64,000 nt of DNA from an uncultured archaeon (lineage in GTDB: Archaea > Asgardarchaeota > Thorarchaeia > Thorarchaeales > Thorarchaeaceae). Below the pieces are notes generated by a model, which worked only from the letters and a program-made list of their open reading frames with translations, had not been told where the DNA came from and did no database searches. A program made the translations under genes and the position numbers. This document shows positions 37,195 through 48,115 of the stretch, piece by piece. Location of the stretch: NCBI GenBank assembly GCA_964610875.1, contig CAZSWP010000001.1, positions 102,161 through 166,160 of the forward strand, in the 5' to 3' direction. The stretch's first letter is position 1; every line of letters begins with the position of its first letter.

Positions 37195-39247
37195 AACAAT
37201 TAGCTGGAATAAGGAAGAGTTCGTGGTGGCACAAGTATCGAAACCCCTAGAAACAGAGGATGCTGCAGAACTAGAAGAAACCCTAAATCCAGTTATGCAG
37301 GCTCTTGGATGGGTTGGAAATATCGTTATTGGCTTTCTAAAGTCAATAGTGAATCTATTCATCGGCATTGCTCGTTGGTTGAAGAATTTCTTTTTGGGTT
37401 TATTTAGATTCTTAAGGGATCCTAAACCAACACTGACTAGTGGTTATGAACGTCTAAGAAGAGAGATGGATGCTCTCTCTTGGATCCAACTGATTGCGAT
37501 TTTGGGTGTGTTTGGACTCTTCCTTATTGCTCCTTTATTGAGTGTTGTTTGGGACTCATTTATAACCGATGAAGGATTCACACTCAATCTGATATCGCAG
37601 CTCTTCAGTAACCAGCAGTTCGTTCCTCAGTGGCGTCCTGAAAATTTCAATTGGATACGACCCAGTCCAGATGCTGGGATTATTGAAATCTGGGGCCTAG
37701 AACTAGGTGTTATTCTCAATTCTGTTGTAATGGCTCTTATGACAACAATCATATCTGTAATTCTTGGGACATCTTTTGCATTTCTAATTGCACGATATGA
37801 ATTCATAGGAAAGAGTGCTCTAAGAACTCTATTACTCTTTCCAATGCTGTCAACACCTTTCATTGGAGCTATGGGTATCAAGTGGTTTATGGGGCCTTAT
37901 GGTCTCCTTAATAACTGGGCATATGCTTTCTTCGAGATATTTGGACTAATCTGGACAAGAATCGAATTTAGAGGAATTGCAGCGATAATTTTAGTCCAAG
38001 GACTTTCGCTTTTTTCACTTGTGTATCTAAATGCATATTCTTCCTTTATGGGAATTGATCCCTCTCTTGAAGAACAAGCAGAGAATCTTGGCGCAAGAGG
38101 ATTTCAACTATTCCGTACAGTAACATTACCTCTAGCAATGCCTGGTATACAAGCTGGTGCAATTCTTACATTTATTCTTAGTATCGAGGACTTGGGAACA
38201 CCTATTGTTTATGCTAATGATCCTCAGGCACAGAGGACTTTGGCGTATCAGGTCTTCGATAGTATTGCAGCGGAATCAGGTTCAATCAATCCTTTAGGTC
38301 CAGCAATAGGCATGCTTCTGCTAGTATTCGCATTGAGTGGGTTCATTGCTATTCGTAGATATGCCTCACTTAGAAGCTACGCAGCTGGAAGTAAAGGTGG
38401 CCAGTGGAATCCACGAACCCGATACCTGAGCCCAAAGACTACTATTCTATTATACATCATTGTTATTCCGGTACTCTTCTTTGCTCTAATTCCTCAGATC
38501 AGTGTAATTCTGCTTTCATTCTCTGAATACCGGTCTGGTAGCATGCTACTTCCACCATTAACATTAAATCATTATTCAGTTCTTATGGACGGAAATATCC
38601 AAGGTGCTATAGCCAGAACACTTGGATATGCTGCAATCGCAACTTTTGCTACTGTTCTATTGGGAGTGTCTGCAGCTTACATAATATCACGTCGTGATAT
38701 TCCTGGTAATGATGCATTAGACATGCTTGTTACATCACCAATCGCACTACCTGGTATTGTCATAGCTTCAGGATACTTCACACTGTTTTACAATACACCT
38801 TTCTTCCCTCAGGACAGTCCAATGTTTCTGATTATCATGTCTTTCACAGTGCGAAAATTTCCGTTCACTGTAAGAGCTGCATTTGCTGGACTACAACAAA
38901 CACCTATCGCACTTGAAGAAGCTTCACTCAACGTTGGTGCAAGTCGAAATACCACATTTGGAAGGATTGTTATTCCACTTATTGGGGTAAGTGTCCTTGC
39001 AGGAGGACTTCTATCATTTGTTTATTCTGTGAGTGAGGTAAGTACAAGCCTTCTGCTGGGCGGAGCAAATTACTATGAGGCTCCACTGACGTTTTGGATT
39101 AAGGAAGTCTACGCTGGGTTGCCGCCGACTTATGGAATTGCACCTGCTGCATGCCTTGGTGTAGTTATGATGATTCTACAAATGCTTGTGATTGCAATAA
39201 CAAATGCTATCCTGAAGACAAGAGCTTCAGCGATGACAGGAATTTAG
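37184..39247 (+). CDS. ABC transporter permease (FbpB-type, duplicated)
   Basis: Multiple TM helices and two EAA loops (LEEQAENLGA, LEEASLNVGA). Confidence 0.92.
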   Translation: MAVKTISWNKEEFVVAQVSKPLETEDAAELEETLNPVMQALGWVGNIVIGFLKSIVNLFIGIARWLKNFFLGLFRFLRDPKPTLTSGYERLRREMDALSWIQLIAILGVFGLFLIAPLLSVVWDSFITDEGFTLNLISQLFSNQQFVPQWRPENFNWIRPSPDAGIIEIWGLELGVILNSVVMALMTTIISVILGTSFAFLIARYEFIGKSALRTLLLFPMLSTPFIGAMGIKWFMGPYGLLNNWAYAFFEIFGLIWTRIEFRGIAAIILVQGLSLFSLVYLNAYSSFMGIDPSLEEQAENLGARGFQLFRTVTLPLAMPGIQAGAILTFILSIEDLGTPIVYANDPQAQRTLAYQVFDSIAAESGSINPLGPAIGMLLLVFALSGFIAIRRYASLRSYAAGSKGGQWNPRTRYLSPKTTILLYIIVIPVLFFALIPQISVILLSFSEYRSGSMLLPPLTLNHYSVLMDGNIQGAIARTLGYAAIATFATVLLGVSAAYIISRRDIPGNDALDMLVTSPIALPGIVIASGYFTLFYNTPFFPQDSPMFLIIMSFTVRKFPFTVRAAFAGLQQTPIALEEASLNVGASRNTTFGRIVIPLIGVSVLAGGLLSFVYSVSEVSTSLLLGGANYYEAPLTFWIKEVYAGLPPTYGIAPAACLGVVMMILQMLVIAITNAILKTRASAMTGI

Positions 39248-39258
39248 GTTGTGAGAAA

Positions 39259-40416
39259 ATGGTTACGATATACCTTGAGAACCTTCGAAAGACCTTTGGT
39301 GAAATAGTGGCCACTGATGACGTAAATATGGAGCTACCTGATGGAAAGCTATCTACACTTCTTGGACCATCTGGATGTGGAAAGACAACACTTCTCCGTC
39401 TGATAGCTGGTTTCTATGAACCTGACCGTGGGCGAGTGTTTTTCGATGATAAAGAAGTGACTGATGTTTCACCAAACAAAAGAAACACTGGAATGTGTTT
39501 CCAGAACTATGCTCTCTGGCCTCATATGACTGTGTTTGATAATATTGCATATGGCCTTAAAATGAAACGAGTTAATGGAATGCGTTACAATCAGGCGGCC
39601 ATCAAGAGACGCGTATATGAAGCTTTAGAACTTGTACGTATGGCTGAACTTGGAGATAGAACACCACATCAGTTAAGCGGTGGTCAGCAACAAAGAGTTG
39701 CGTTGGCAAGAGCGCTTGCGATTGAACCTGATGTGCTTTTGCTGGATGAACCTCTTTCGAATCTTGATGCAAAACTACGCGTTGAGATGCGAGAAGAAAT
39801 TCTTAGGATACAAACAGAGCTTGGAATCACTACAGTATATGTTACACATGATCAGATTGAAGCTCTTAGCATATCAGATATGGTAGCAGTGATGGACAAA
39901 GGATATGTTCAACAATATGGCCCTCCAAGGGAGATTTATGCCAAACCGCAAACTCTCTTTGTAGCCGATTTCATAGGAAAATGCACATTCGTTGATGGTT
40001 CGATCCAGTCACTGAATGAAATGCTTACCGTGAAGATTCCAAATGGGCAGGTTGTACAAGGTAGAAGTCCAATAGAAGGCTATCCATTCCAAGAAGGCGA
40101 ACAAGTCCGATGTGCAATTCGACCAGAGGACCTCCATCTTAAGAAGAGTAGTGCATCTGATAACGAAATCGTTGGTGTTATCGACCAAGTAATTTACATA
40201 GGTAGCGATATAGAAGTGCATTTCAAAGTTGGAGAAATCTCTGCAGTTTCATTGCTCCCCCCAGATACGAAGATAGCCAAAGGCGATGAGATGAGCCTCT
40301 ATGCACCCAGCAATGATATCATGGTCCTACCACTTGGTGGAATTGAAGCACTTCGGAAAGTGCCAGATCATCCACTCTATGCTAGGCAGAGTTCTTCGCC
40401 GCATGTCGAGGGTTAA
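39259..40416 (+). CDS. ABC transporter ATP-binding protein (PotA/FbpC-like, TOBE domain)
   Basis: GPSGCGKT, LSGGQQQR, LLLDEP, VTHDQ; ATG 39259 likely start. Confidence 0.95.
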   Translation: MVTIYLENLRKTFGEIVATDDVNMELPDGKLSTLLGPSGCGKTTLLRLIAGFYEPDRGRVFFDDKEVTDVSPNKRNTGMCFQNYALWPHMTVFDNIAYGLKMKRVNGMRYNQAAIKRRVYEALELVRMAELGDRTPHQLSGGQQQRVALARALAIEPDVLLLDEPLSNLDAKLRVEMREEILRIQTELGITTVYVTHDQIEALSISDMVAVMDKGYVQQYGPPREIYAKPQTLFVADFIGKCTFVDGSIQSLNEMLTVKIPNGQVVQGRSPIEGYPFQEGEQVRCAIRPEDLHLKKSSASDNEIVGVIDQVIYIGSDIEVHFKVGEISAVSLLPPDTKIAKGDEMSLYAPSNDIMVLPLGGIEALRKVPDHPLYARQSSSPHVEG

Positions 40417-42406
40417 CAGCCACACCTCTTTCAAATCGAAGCATCTCGTAGCCACTAAGCTGTGCTCTCCCAACACCTAGAAGTGAATCTGTTTCATCTA
40501 AGAGTAGTACCTCTTCACCTGCGCGAAGTTCATGATGAGCATCCTTTACAAACTTTGCAAGAGCTGATTTTCCTTTAGCTACAAAAGGTGCAGCATCATC
40601 ATTCATTATGACTTTATACCGTTTGGATATATCATGGTCAAGTAATTCATGACCTCCAGAGATATTGGGTGTGAGCAGACCTGATGTAGGAACGAGAGTG
40701 AAAAGAATCGCATCATTCTTGATGATGTGACGAATTTTCCCCGTACTTCTTGATCTCTTGTATGTATAGTCTCTTGAGTCCAAACAGAGATTCCACTGGT
40801 ACATGGTTATTGCATCTTGTTTTCTCCGAACTGGGTTCTGTGTATTATCTTCTTCTAATATGTCTACAATGTCATTCATTTTCTCATAAGAAGTGATGTC
40901 AAAGACTTCCTCAAGTATAGATCTTTGGTCCTCCAAAGCAATATCCCGTGACAGCCAGAATAATTGTTTGAAATCTATTGATTGAAGTAATTCTTTGACT
41001 CTTTGATGAATTACCGTCTTAGTTCTTCTATCGAGTAGATTAGGGAAGACACACTGTTGCGCAGGATGAATATGTTCCAGTTCAGATGGAACAATACCAA
41101 AGGGCGTTACGAAGAAAAGAAGTGCTTTCTCAGGAGCAATACTGTGTACAGCCCGAATAGCATCCCCAAGCGGTTCGAAAAACGGACGTGAAGCAGAGTC
41201 CGGAATGAGAATTACCGTCTCTGTATTCTTGTATGGGTATCTTTCCAATACCGTATCATGAAACCTTCTTAATTCAGGCCGCAAAATTGTTTCTGGCCCT
41301 GTATAAAGAATGGATGCAGTCCTTCCAACTATATCCCATTTTTCAATTTCTTCATAGAATTTAAGATATACTTCAAGAGCGTCCATTAGGGCGGGATGGC
41401 CTCTAGCTCGTATTGCTACAAGTTCGAAGAGTTTCTCACTGAGTATTGCCTGTCGAATACGACGAATCTCTCCTGCACTCACATAGAGATTATGTGCCAT
41501 GAGATGGAGGTCTTGTTCATCCTTTTTCATCTGTTTGATGTCATCAGCTGTAGTCTTGCTACAAATTGGACAGTTGCATGGTAGTTCCTGCAAGTCCTTC
41601 AAGTGAACAGTACCACTTGTAAGCATCATGCGTCCTGACTCTGCGAACTTGGCATATGATGCAGAATCAAAGAAATCACATCCAAGTAGTGCAGCTTGAG
41701 CAAAGAACATTGGGTGTCCACAACCAAAGAGATGGACAGGTCTTTCAGGAGGTAGATATCTCTTCGATGCCATCACTATCTCCACGATATCTGCATATCG
41801 ATATCTCTCCATCAGGGGCACCACGCCCCCTATTGGATGAACATCAAGATTGAGTTCAGCTAAACATTTCGCAGAAACTCCTCTTAAATCTGGGAAAGTG
41901 CCTCCCTGTACTGTCCCAGCAAGAAGCATCTCTCCTTTCTCATTGACCGTATCTCGTGCTCGTTGTAAAGACAGTTCCATGTCTTCTTCTATTTGCTTTC
42001 TTCCCGCACTCAGGTCTGAAAATATATCAAGAATTGTTCCTATATCGCTACCAATTGCGTTCTGGAATCTAACAATCTCAAGTGGATCAATCTCATCTGA
42101 CGGCAATGAATGAAAATACATCTGAAATGTTCCAGAGTCTGTCATTATCGGGCCGTCAAAATCAATTAGAGAGTGTACTCCTTCACTTAGTGCTTTTTCT
42201 TTGAATTTATATCTTGAATGGATGATATAAGAATTCGTGATCACCATTTCGAAATTAAACCGCTCTCTCAATTCCTTAGGAGTGATTGCTGATTTTGCAG
42301 GATGAACAACTGGCATCAACAGAGGGGTCTTAACAGTCCCATGATCAGTGATGAATTTGCCATATCTTGCCATCCCATCTTTTGCTTTCAATTCGAAACG
42401 GCTCAT
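40382..42406 (-). CDS. tgtA: Archaeosine tRNA-guanine(15) transglycosylase with C-terminal PUA domain
   Basis: TPLLMPV, ITNSYII, MTDSGTFQ, GGVVPLME, HLFGCGHP, FDSASYA, CNCPIC...HNL. Confidence 0.95.
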   Translation of the reverse strand: MSRFELKAKDGMARYGKFITDHGTVKTPLLMPVVHPAKSAITPKELRERFNFEMVITNSYIIHSRYKFKEKALSEGVHSLIDFDGPIMTDSGTFQMYFHSLPSDEIDPLEIVRFQNAIGSDIGTILDIFSDLSAGRKQIEEDMELSLQRARDTVNEKGEMLLAGTVQGGTFPDLRGVSAKCLAELNLDVHPIGGVVPLMERYRYADIVEIVMASKRYLPPERPVHLFGCGHPMFFAQAALLGCDFFDSASYAKFAESGRMMLTSGTVHLKDLQELPCNCPICSKTTADDIKQMKKDEQDLHLMAHNLYVSAGEIRRIRQAILSEKLFELVAIRARGHPALMDALEVYLKFYEEIEKWDIVGRTASILYTGPETILRPELRRFHDTVLERYPYKNTETVILIPDSASRPFFEPLGDAIRAVHSIAPEKALLFFVTPFGIVPSELEHIHPAQQCVFPNLLDRRTKTVIHQRVKELLQSIDFKQLFWLSRDIALEDQRSILEEVFDITSYEKMNDIVDILEEDNTQNPVRRKQDAITMYQWNLCLDSRDYTYKRSRSTGKIRHIIKNDAILFTLVPTSGLLTPNISGGHELLDHDISKRYKVIMNDDAAPFVAKGKSALAKFVKDAHHELRAGEEVLLLDETDSLLGVGRAQLSGYEMLRFERGVAVNPRHAAKNSA

Positions 42407-42504
42407 ACAAATCACTCATTTTCATTGATGTACCACGAATGAACCTTTTGTTATGGTTGACCGGGATGCAACACTTTAAGACCACTCATTTCAATTTTCA
42501 AATT

Positions 42505-43785
42505 ATGTTCACATCAACCGCTTTAGTTATTCAAAGAAGAAAGTACAATGAACCTAATCTCTTAGATGAATTTGAATCTTTAGCAAGAACTGCAGGTTTT
42601 GAGATAATTGGCTCCTTTGATATAACTACTCCACCTTCTGCAAAGTATGGGATAAGTAAAGGGAAGGTTGATGAGATCACAACTTGGATCGAGGTCAATG
42701 AACCCGATTTCGTCCTGTTCACACCTTTTCTTCGTTCTAGTCAGGTATTTCGATTGATGGAGGAATGGAGTGTTGAGGTCAGAGACCGTACTCAAGTCAT
42801 TCTCGAAATTTTTGCTCGACATGCTAAGACACAACAAGCAAAATTACAGATTGAAAAAGCGCGACTGGAATATGAGCTCCCTTTTGAGCGTCATCAGATT
42901 CGAATTCGACTACAGAATGAACACACTGGTGATAGACCAACGACCGACCAGGTCGGTGTTGGTGAGGATCTTGTCACTAAGCGAATGACAGAGCTCCGAA
43001 GAAGAATCTCTACTATTCAGAAAAAATTGGAGAAGATTCAACAAGTTCAAGAGTTAAAGAAGAAGAAAAGATCTGGTCATGGATTTGTAGAAGTCACTCT
43101 AGCCGGTTATACAAATGCTGGGAAGAGCACACTTCACAATGCATTGACCGACTCGGGTGTTGAAATTGCAGATTCGCTTTTCACAACACTTGGTACAAAA
43201 GCTGCTGAGTTGGATGTCAAAGGCCGTGATGTGATATTATCTGATTCAGTAGGATTCATCAGTGATTTACCTCATGAACTTCTTCAAGCATTCAACACTA
43301 CATTGATGGAAATCTCAGAAGCCAACATCATAGTATTAGTTGTTGATGCATCTGATTCCATTGAAGAGATGAAACGTAAATTCGGCTCATGCCTTGTCAC
43401 CTTTTCAGAAATTGGTGCAAATGGCATTCCTATTGTCATAGCACTTAATAAAATAGACCTTCTTGAAAAACACGAACTTGATGAGAGAGTGCAATTTCTA
43501 TCTCAAGAAACAGCGGATATCATGCCTATTTCAGCACAAGAGGGTATTAATCTAGACAATCTGGTACAAAAGATACTCTCGAAATTGCCTCAATTGGGGT
43601 GGTATAAGGTCAAAGTCCCGATTGGCAATACAGGTATGTCGATTCTGTCATGGTTACACGAAATCGGAATTGTTAATGATACACAGTACGGCACTGATTC
43701 AATAGAGATTCATGTACAGCTTAACAGCGTTATGTTCGATAGACTCGCAAAGAAAACTGACTGCATTAGTATAGATCAACTCTAA
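42505..43785 (+). CDS. hflX: Ribosome-splitting GTPase HflX
   Basis: DRTQVILEIFARHA..QAKLQIE, GYTNAGKST, LFTTL, DSVGFI, NKID; ATG 42505 likely start. Confidence 0.95.
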   Translation: MFTSTALVIQRRKYNEPNLLDEFESLARTAGFEIIGSFDITTPPSAKYGISKGKVDEITTWIEVNEPDFVLFTPFLRSSQVFRLMEEWSVEVRDRTQVILEIFARHAKTQQAKLQIEKARLEYELPFERHQIRIRLQNEHTGDRPTTDQVGVGEDLVTKRMTELRRRISTIQKKLEKIQQVQELKKKKRSGHGFVEVTLAGYTNAGKSTLHNALTDSGVEIADSLFTTLGTKAAELDVKGRDVILSDSVGFISDLPHELLQAFNTTLMEISEANIIVLVVDASDSIEEMKRKFGSCLVTFSEIGANGIPIVIALNKIDLLEKHELDERVQFLSQETADIMPISAQEGINLDNLVQKILSKLPQLGWYKVKVPIGNTGMSILSWLHEIGIVNDTQYGTDSIEIHVQLNSVMFDRLAKKTDCISIDQL

Positions 43786-43871
43786 GAAATCCTAATTGTT
43801 TCAGCATTCACAATTCTAAGTAGAAATTTTCTTTTTGATGAAACACAAGCTTTTAGACGGTACTAGATTCG

Positions 43872-44564
43872 GTGAACATGAGGTCATCTCCAATGATTGC
43901 GCTCGATCTAAAGTCACCTGATGAGATTCTTAGTATGTTAGAAGGATACGATAAGATTGTGTTATTTGGTGACTCTGGTTGCGCTCAATTGTGTGATGTA
44001 GGTGGATTATTACAATTAGAGGACATGGAGGAGTTTCTCACAAAGAATGGAAAGCAGGTTCTTGGTCATGTTTTTGTTGAAGGTGGAATATGTGATAAAT
44101 CAGCACTTCATAGAGACATGAAATCACATCAAACGATTCTTGTTGAAGCAGATGCTTTTCTTGTACAGGCATGTGGTGTCGCTACTCAAACCATAACTGA
44201 AGAGATGCCCGAAAAAGAAACCTTCCCCGCGGCTGATTCAAAATTCCTTGGAGTTATGCCAAAGAGGTTCCACCATGAAGAAATGTGTTCATTGTGTGGT
44301 GAATGCATTCTCCATCTTACTGGAGGTATTTGTCCCATTGCTCGATGTCCCAAAGGTATCCTGAATGGTCCTTGTGGTGGATCGATGGATGGGAAATGTG
44401 AAAGAGATGATAATACGGATTGTGTTTGGCACCTAATTTATGAACGCTTGGAAAAGCTGGGTAAACTCGAAAATATTCGCAAGATTTGGGAGATTAAAGA
44501 TTGGAGCTTATCACAAGGTCCTCACAAAACTAATCATGAGGATGCTTGGATTGGACCAAGTTAG
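43872..44564 (+). CDS. metV: Methylene-THF reductase small Fe-S/Zn subunit (MetV-like)
   Basis: GCAQLC, ACGVA, CSLCGEC..TGGICPIARCPKGILNGPCGG..GKCE..DCVW..IYERL; directly upstream of metF. Confidence 0.9.
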   Translation: MNMRSSPMIALDLKSPDEILSMLEGYDKIVLFGDSGCAQLCDVGGLLQLEDMEEFLTKNGKQVLGHVFVEGGICDKSALHRDMKSHQTILVEADAFLVQACGVATQTITEEMPEKETFPAADSKFLGVMPKRFHHEEMCSLCGECILHLTGGICPIARCPKGILNGPCGGSMDGKCERDDNTDCVWHLIYERLEKLGKLENIRKIWEIKDWSLSQGPHKTNHEDAWIGPS

Positions 44565-44582
44565 ATATTAGGTTGTGAGAAT

Positions 44583-45545
44583 GTGAATTCTTATTCGTGT
44601 GGAGAAAAATCGGGGCCAACCAAAACGAGATTGTGCCATCTTCTCGAACAGGGTAAATTTGTAGTAACAGGTGAGGTTGCTCCTCCGCACGGTGCCAACC
44701 CCGCAAGATTCGTTGAGAAAGTACAACTTATTCGTAATCATTGTGATGCCATAAATATCACAGACAATGTGAGAGGGATTCCCTCGATGAGTAGTATGGT
44801 CTGTGCGCATCTAGTTCTCGATAATAATGCAGAACCAATAATGCAGATGTCTGCTAGAGATAGAAATCGAGTGGCTGTTGAAAGCGAGTTATATGGCGCA
44901 TATGCATTGGGTGTCAGAAATGCACTTTTTGTCACAGGAGATCACACTCTATTAGGTTCCCATCCACATACAAAGATGGTTTATGATTTGGACTCGATTC
45001 AGACCCTCTCGCTTGCCAGTCATCTTATGAAAGGGACCGATCTTGCTGGTGATGAATTAGAGGGTTCTCCCAAATTCTTTCTAGGTGCAACATTCAATCC
45101 CTATGCTGATCCTATCAAATTTCAAGCTATGAGGACACAAAAGAAGGTTGAAGCAGGTGCAAGATTCTTCCAAACTCAGGCTATTTATGATATCGATAGA
45201 TTGCAGGAATTCATGGAATTAGTACCTGATCTTGGAGCTTATGTTCTAGCTGGTATAATTCCTCTAAAGGGGCCAAAGATGGCTTGGTTCATGAACACAC
45301 GAATTCCTGGAATTAAAATCCCTCAGGAGATGATGGAACGCTTGGAGAATGCAGGTGATTCTTTGAAGGGAAAAGAACGAATAGAGGCAACTCGAGCTGA
45401 AGGTTTGCGAATTTCACTTGAAACAATCGAAGCCGTTAAGAACATCAAAGATGTCGATGGCATTCATATTATGGGTGTAGGTTGGGAAGAATGCATCCCC
45501 CTCCTTGTAGAAGATTCAAAATCTTATCCCCGTCCAGGAGTGTGA
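44583..45545 (+). CDS. metF: Methylenetetrahydrofolate reductase (MetF-type)
   Basis: VTGEVAPP, DAINITD, RDRNR, VTGDH, KKVEAGARFFQTQ, GIHIM. Confidence 0.93.
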   Translation: MNSYSCGEKSGPTKTRLCHLLEQGKFVVTGEVAPPHGANPARFVEKVQLIRNHCDAINITDNVRGIPSMSSMVCAHLVLDNNAEPIMQMSARDRNRVAVESELYGAYALGVRNALFVTGDHTLLGSHPHTKMVYDLDSIQTLSLASHLMKGTDLAGDELEGSPKFFLGATFNPYADPIKFQAMRTQKKVEAGARFFQTQAIYDIDRLQEFMELVPDLGAYVLAGIIPLKGPKMAWFMNTRIPGIKIPQEMMERLENAGDSLKGKERIEATRAEGLRISLETIEAVKNIKDVDGIHIMGVGWEECIPLLVEDSKSYPRPGV

Positions 45546-45549
45546 AGTT

Positions 45550-46467
45550 ATGTTTGTTTTCAAGAAAGAACAGCAGACCTATGATTTCGGAGGCGTTACG
45601 ATTGGAGGAAATCCTGGTGAACATCCCACTACAATAATTGGGGGTTTGTTCTTCAAAGGTCAACCAATCGTTGAGAATACTAAGGAGGGTCTCTTCGATG
45701 CAAATCTCGCAACAGAATGGGTGCAAACGGGAGTCACAATGTCAGAAAAGACACGGCACCCACTTATTATCCAAGCATATGGAAGAACTGCAACAGCGAT
45801 GGAGAAACATATCTCTTGGTTGAGTGAAAATTTTGATGGGCCATTCATGTTTGAGTCTACAAGCTCAAAAGCGAGAATACGTGGCATTGAGTATTGTGAT
45901 GAGGTCGGACTAGACAATAGAGCGATATACAACAGCATTAATCTCTCTACGAAACCTGAAGAACTTGGAATTCTCAAAGATAGCTCGCTCGATATGGCTG
46001 TCGTCTTGGGTTGGTCACCAAAGGCTACAACATTGCCTGAGAGAATGAATACTGTGAAAGACATGATTGAACTCTCGAGAGAGTATGGTATAACCAAAAT
46101 GTTGGTTGATCCAGCTACAATGCCAGTGGGAGCAGGTTATGGGCTTGATTATCGGACGATAGTAGCAATCAAGTCTGAGTTCGGTCTTCCTACATGTTTG
46201 GGTCCTCATAATGCACCTTCTGCATGGAAACTACTAAAGCAACCCAATTTCGATGATGAATCAACCCATCTTGCTTGTGTTGTAGCCTCAACGGTTGTTG
46301 CACAAGTCCTGGCAGCTGATTCGATCATGTATGGCTCAATGATTCGGACAAAGGAGGTATTTACAGCAGTTTCATTGATAGCTAATGCGATTGCAACTGC
46401 GTCCGCTGAAGCGAATAGAGCTTTAGGTCTAGAACGTGATTACTTTGATCCCCCCATCTTCGAATAG
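45550..46467 (+). CDS. mtrH: Pterin-dependent methyltransferase, MtrH-like (copy 1)
   Basis: MFVFKKEQ..IGGNPGEHPT...AIYNSIN...HNAPSAW...MYG. Confidence 0.88.
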   Translation: MFVFKKEQQTYDFGGVTIGGNPGEHPTTIIGGLFFKGQPIVENTKEGLFDANLATEWVQTGVTMSEKTRHPLIIQAYGRTATAMEKHISWLSENFDGPFMFESTSSKARIRGIEYCDEVGLDNRAIYNSINLSTKPEELGILKDSSLDMAVVLGWSPKATTLPERMNTVKDMIELSREYGITKMLVDPATMPVGAGYGLDYRTIVAIKSEFGLPTCLGPHNAPSAWKLLKQPNFDDESTHLACVVASTVVAQVLAADSIMYGSMIRTKEVFTAVSLIANAIATASAEANRALGLERDYFDPPIFE

Positions 46468-46478
46468 GAGAAGTCGAC

Positions 46479-47174
46479 ATGACTACAATACAAGCAAAAA
46501 AGACATGGCCTCCCATCCCTGGAGATTTTGAGATTCGAAATGAAGAATCTTGTGTAGCAGTATGTACACTTGGAAAGAAAATCGAAGTTGATGCTGAGTA
46601 TGCAATCATTGGCACATGTAAGACTGAAAATATTGGCATTGAACGCATGATTGTGAATATAATATCAAATCCCCGGATCAGATATTTCATTCTAGCCGGG
46701 CCTGAAGTGCCCGGACATAGGACTGGTTCATCACTTCTTAGTTTGTATGAAAATGGAGTTGAAGCAGAATCCAGGAAGATAGTCAATGCACCCGGTGCCA
46801 TTCCATATATTGAGAATGTACCTCTAGAAGGAGTAGAACGTTTCAGAGAACAGGTTGACCTCATTAATATGATGAATAACTCTGATATCCAAGCAATAGA
46901 ACAAAAGGTTGCAGAGCTAAATTCAACCAATATGGAAGTTTTTCCTGCTGAGGCGATATGGATTGATTTTGCTGCGAATACTTCTCAGAAACCGGTTCAG
47001 GAACTAAGCGGACCTGTATCATTACTGCCAGAATATGGAAGAATGTATGATGCATCAAGTGCCTTGGTCTACTCTTATCTCAAACACGCGATTGTGTCAA
47101 AAGAACCTTCCCAAGTATCTATTCAAATGAAGGTGACAGATACAGGTACAACTCTCTATGTTAAGGAGGAATGA
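46479..47174 (+). CDS. mtrA: Corrinoid protein MtrA-like, soluble (no C-terminal TM anchor)
   Basis: WPPIPGD, VAVCTLG, KTENIGIE..NIISNPRIR, EVPGHRTG (cobamide His), GAIPYIEN. Confidence 0.92.
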   Translation: MTTIQAKKTWPPIPGDFEIRNEESCVAVCTLGKKIEVDAEYAIIGTCKTENIGIERMIVNIISNPRIRYFILAGPEVPGHRTGSSLLSLYENGVEAESRKIVNAPGAIPYIENVPLEGVERFREQVDLINMMNNSDIQAIEQKVAELNSTNMEVFPAEAIWIDFAANTSQKPVQELSGPVSLLPEYGRMYDASSALVYSYLKHAIVSKEPSQVSIQMKVTDTGTTLYVKEE

Positions 47175-48115
47175 ATGAAATGTTTGTTTTTGACAAGGAA
47201 CAATACATCTACAAAATCGGTGATATGAAAATCGGTGGACAACCTGGTGAGAACCCTACCGCCTTGGCTGGCACTATATTCTATAGTGGTGACAAGATCG
47301 TATCTAATCCCAATGATGGAGAATTCGATAAGAAAAGGGCAAAAGCGTTGATTCAGAAACAGGATGAAATGTCAGAGATAACTGGGAATCCGTCAATTGT
47401 ACACATTTTTGCTGAATCTGCTAAAGCAATGGGGAGATATCTTGATTTTACTGTGGAAGTCTCTGACTCTCCTATAATTATAGATTCAAATGATGCAGAT
47501 GTGAGGGCAAAGGCTCTTCTTTATGCTGAAGAGATAGGAATTCTTGACCGTGTTATTTACAATTCTCTCAATATCTCCTTCACAGAATCCGAACTCAATG
47601 TGATTGAAGAAACCGGTCATGACTTAGCATTAGTTCTTGCGTTCAACCCGCAAGACCCGTCAGTCAGTGGCAGGCGTGAGGTCCTTGAAAATGGTATACT
47701 CGAAATGGAGGAAGGGCTGTTCCGCACATGCGAACGTATTGGAATCAGGCGTCCTATTATTGATACGGCGGTGACTGCAATGGGCGCAGGAGCCGGTGTT
47801 GGAGTTGGATTCACATTCGTTGCAAAATCATTGTATGGATATCCTGCTGGTTCTGGAATTCATAATGCCCCCTCTTCTTGGCCATGGCTGAAGGGAATAC
47901 GAAAGGAGAACAAAAGTGCTTACAAAGCTGCTGATTACGCTTCTAATGCTTTAGCAATCATGATGAGTGCAGACTATCTTCTTTATGGTCCAATTAAGAG
48001 CTCGACGGAAGTATTTCCAGTCGCAGCAATGAGCGATACACTTGTAGCAGAATATACAGTATCTGAAACTGGTATTGAACCTCCTAATGACCATCCATAT
48101 AGAAAGCTACTGTGA
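47171..48115 (+). CDS. mtrH: Pterin-dependent methyltransferase, MtrH-like (copy 2)
   Basis: MFVFDKEQ..IGGQPGENPT.LAGTIFY, IYNSLN, GSGIHNAPSSW.WL, LLYGPI, HPYRKLL. Confidence 0.92.
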   Translation: MNEMFVFDKEQYIYKIGDMKIGGQPGENPTALAGTIFYSGDKIVSNPNDGEFDKKRAKALIQKQDEMSEITGNPSIVHIFAESAKAMGRYLDFTVEVSDSPIIIDSNDADVRAKALLYAEEIGILDRVIYNSLNISFTESELNVIEETGHDLALVLAFNPQDPSVSGRREVLENGILEMEEGLFRTCERIGIRRPIIDTAVTAMGAGAGVGVGFTFVAKSLYGYPAGSGIHNAPSSWPWLKGIRKENKSAYKAADYASNALAIMMSADYLLYGPIKSSTEVFPVAAMSDTLVAEYTVSETGIEPPNDHPYRKLL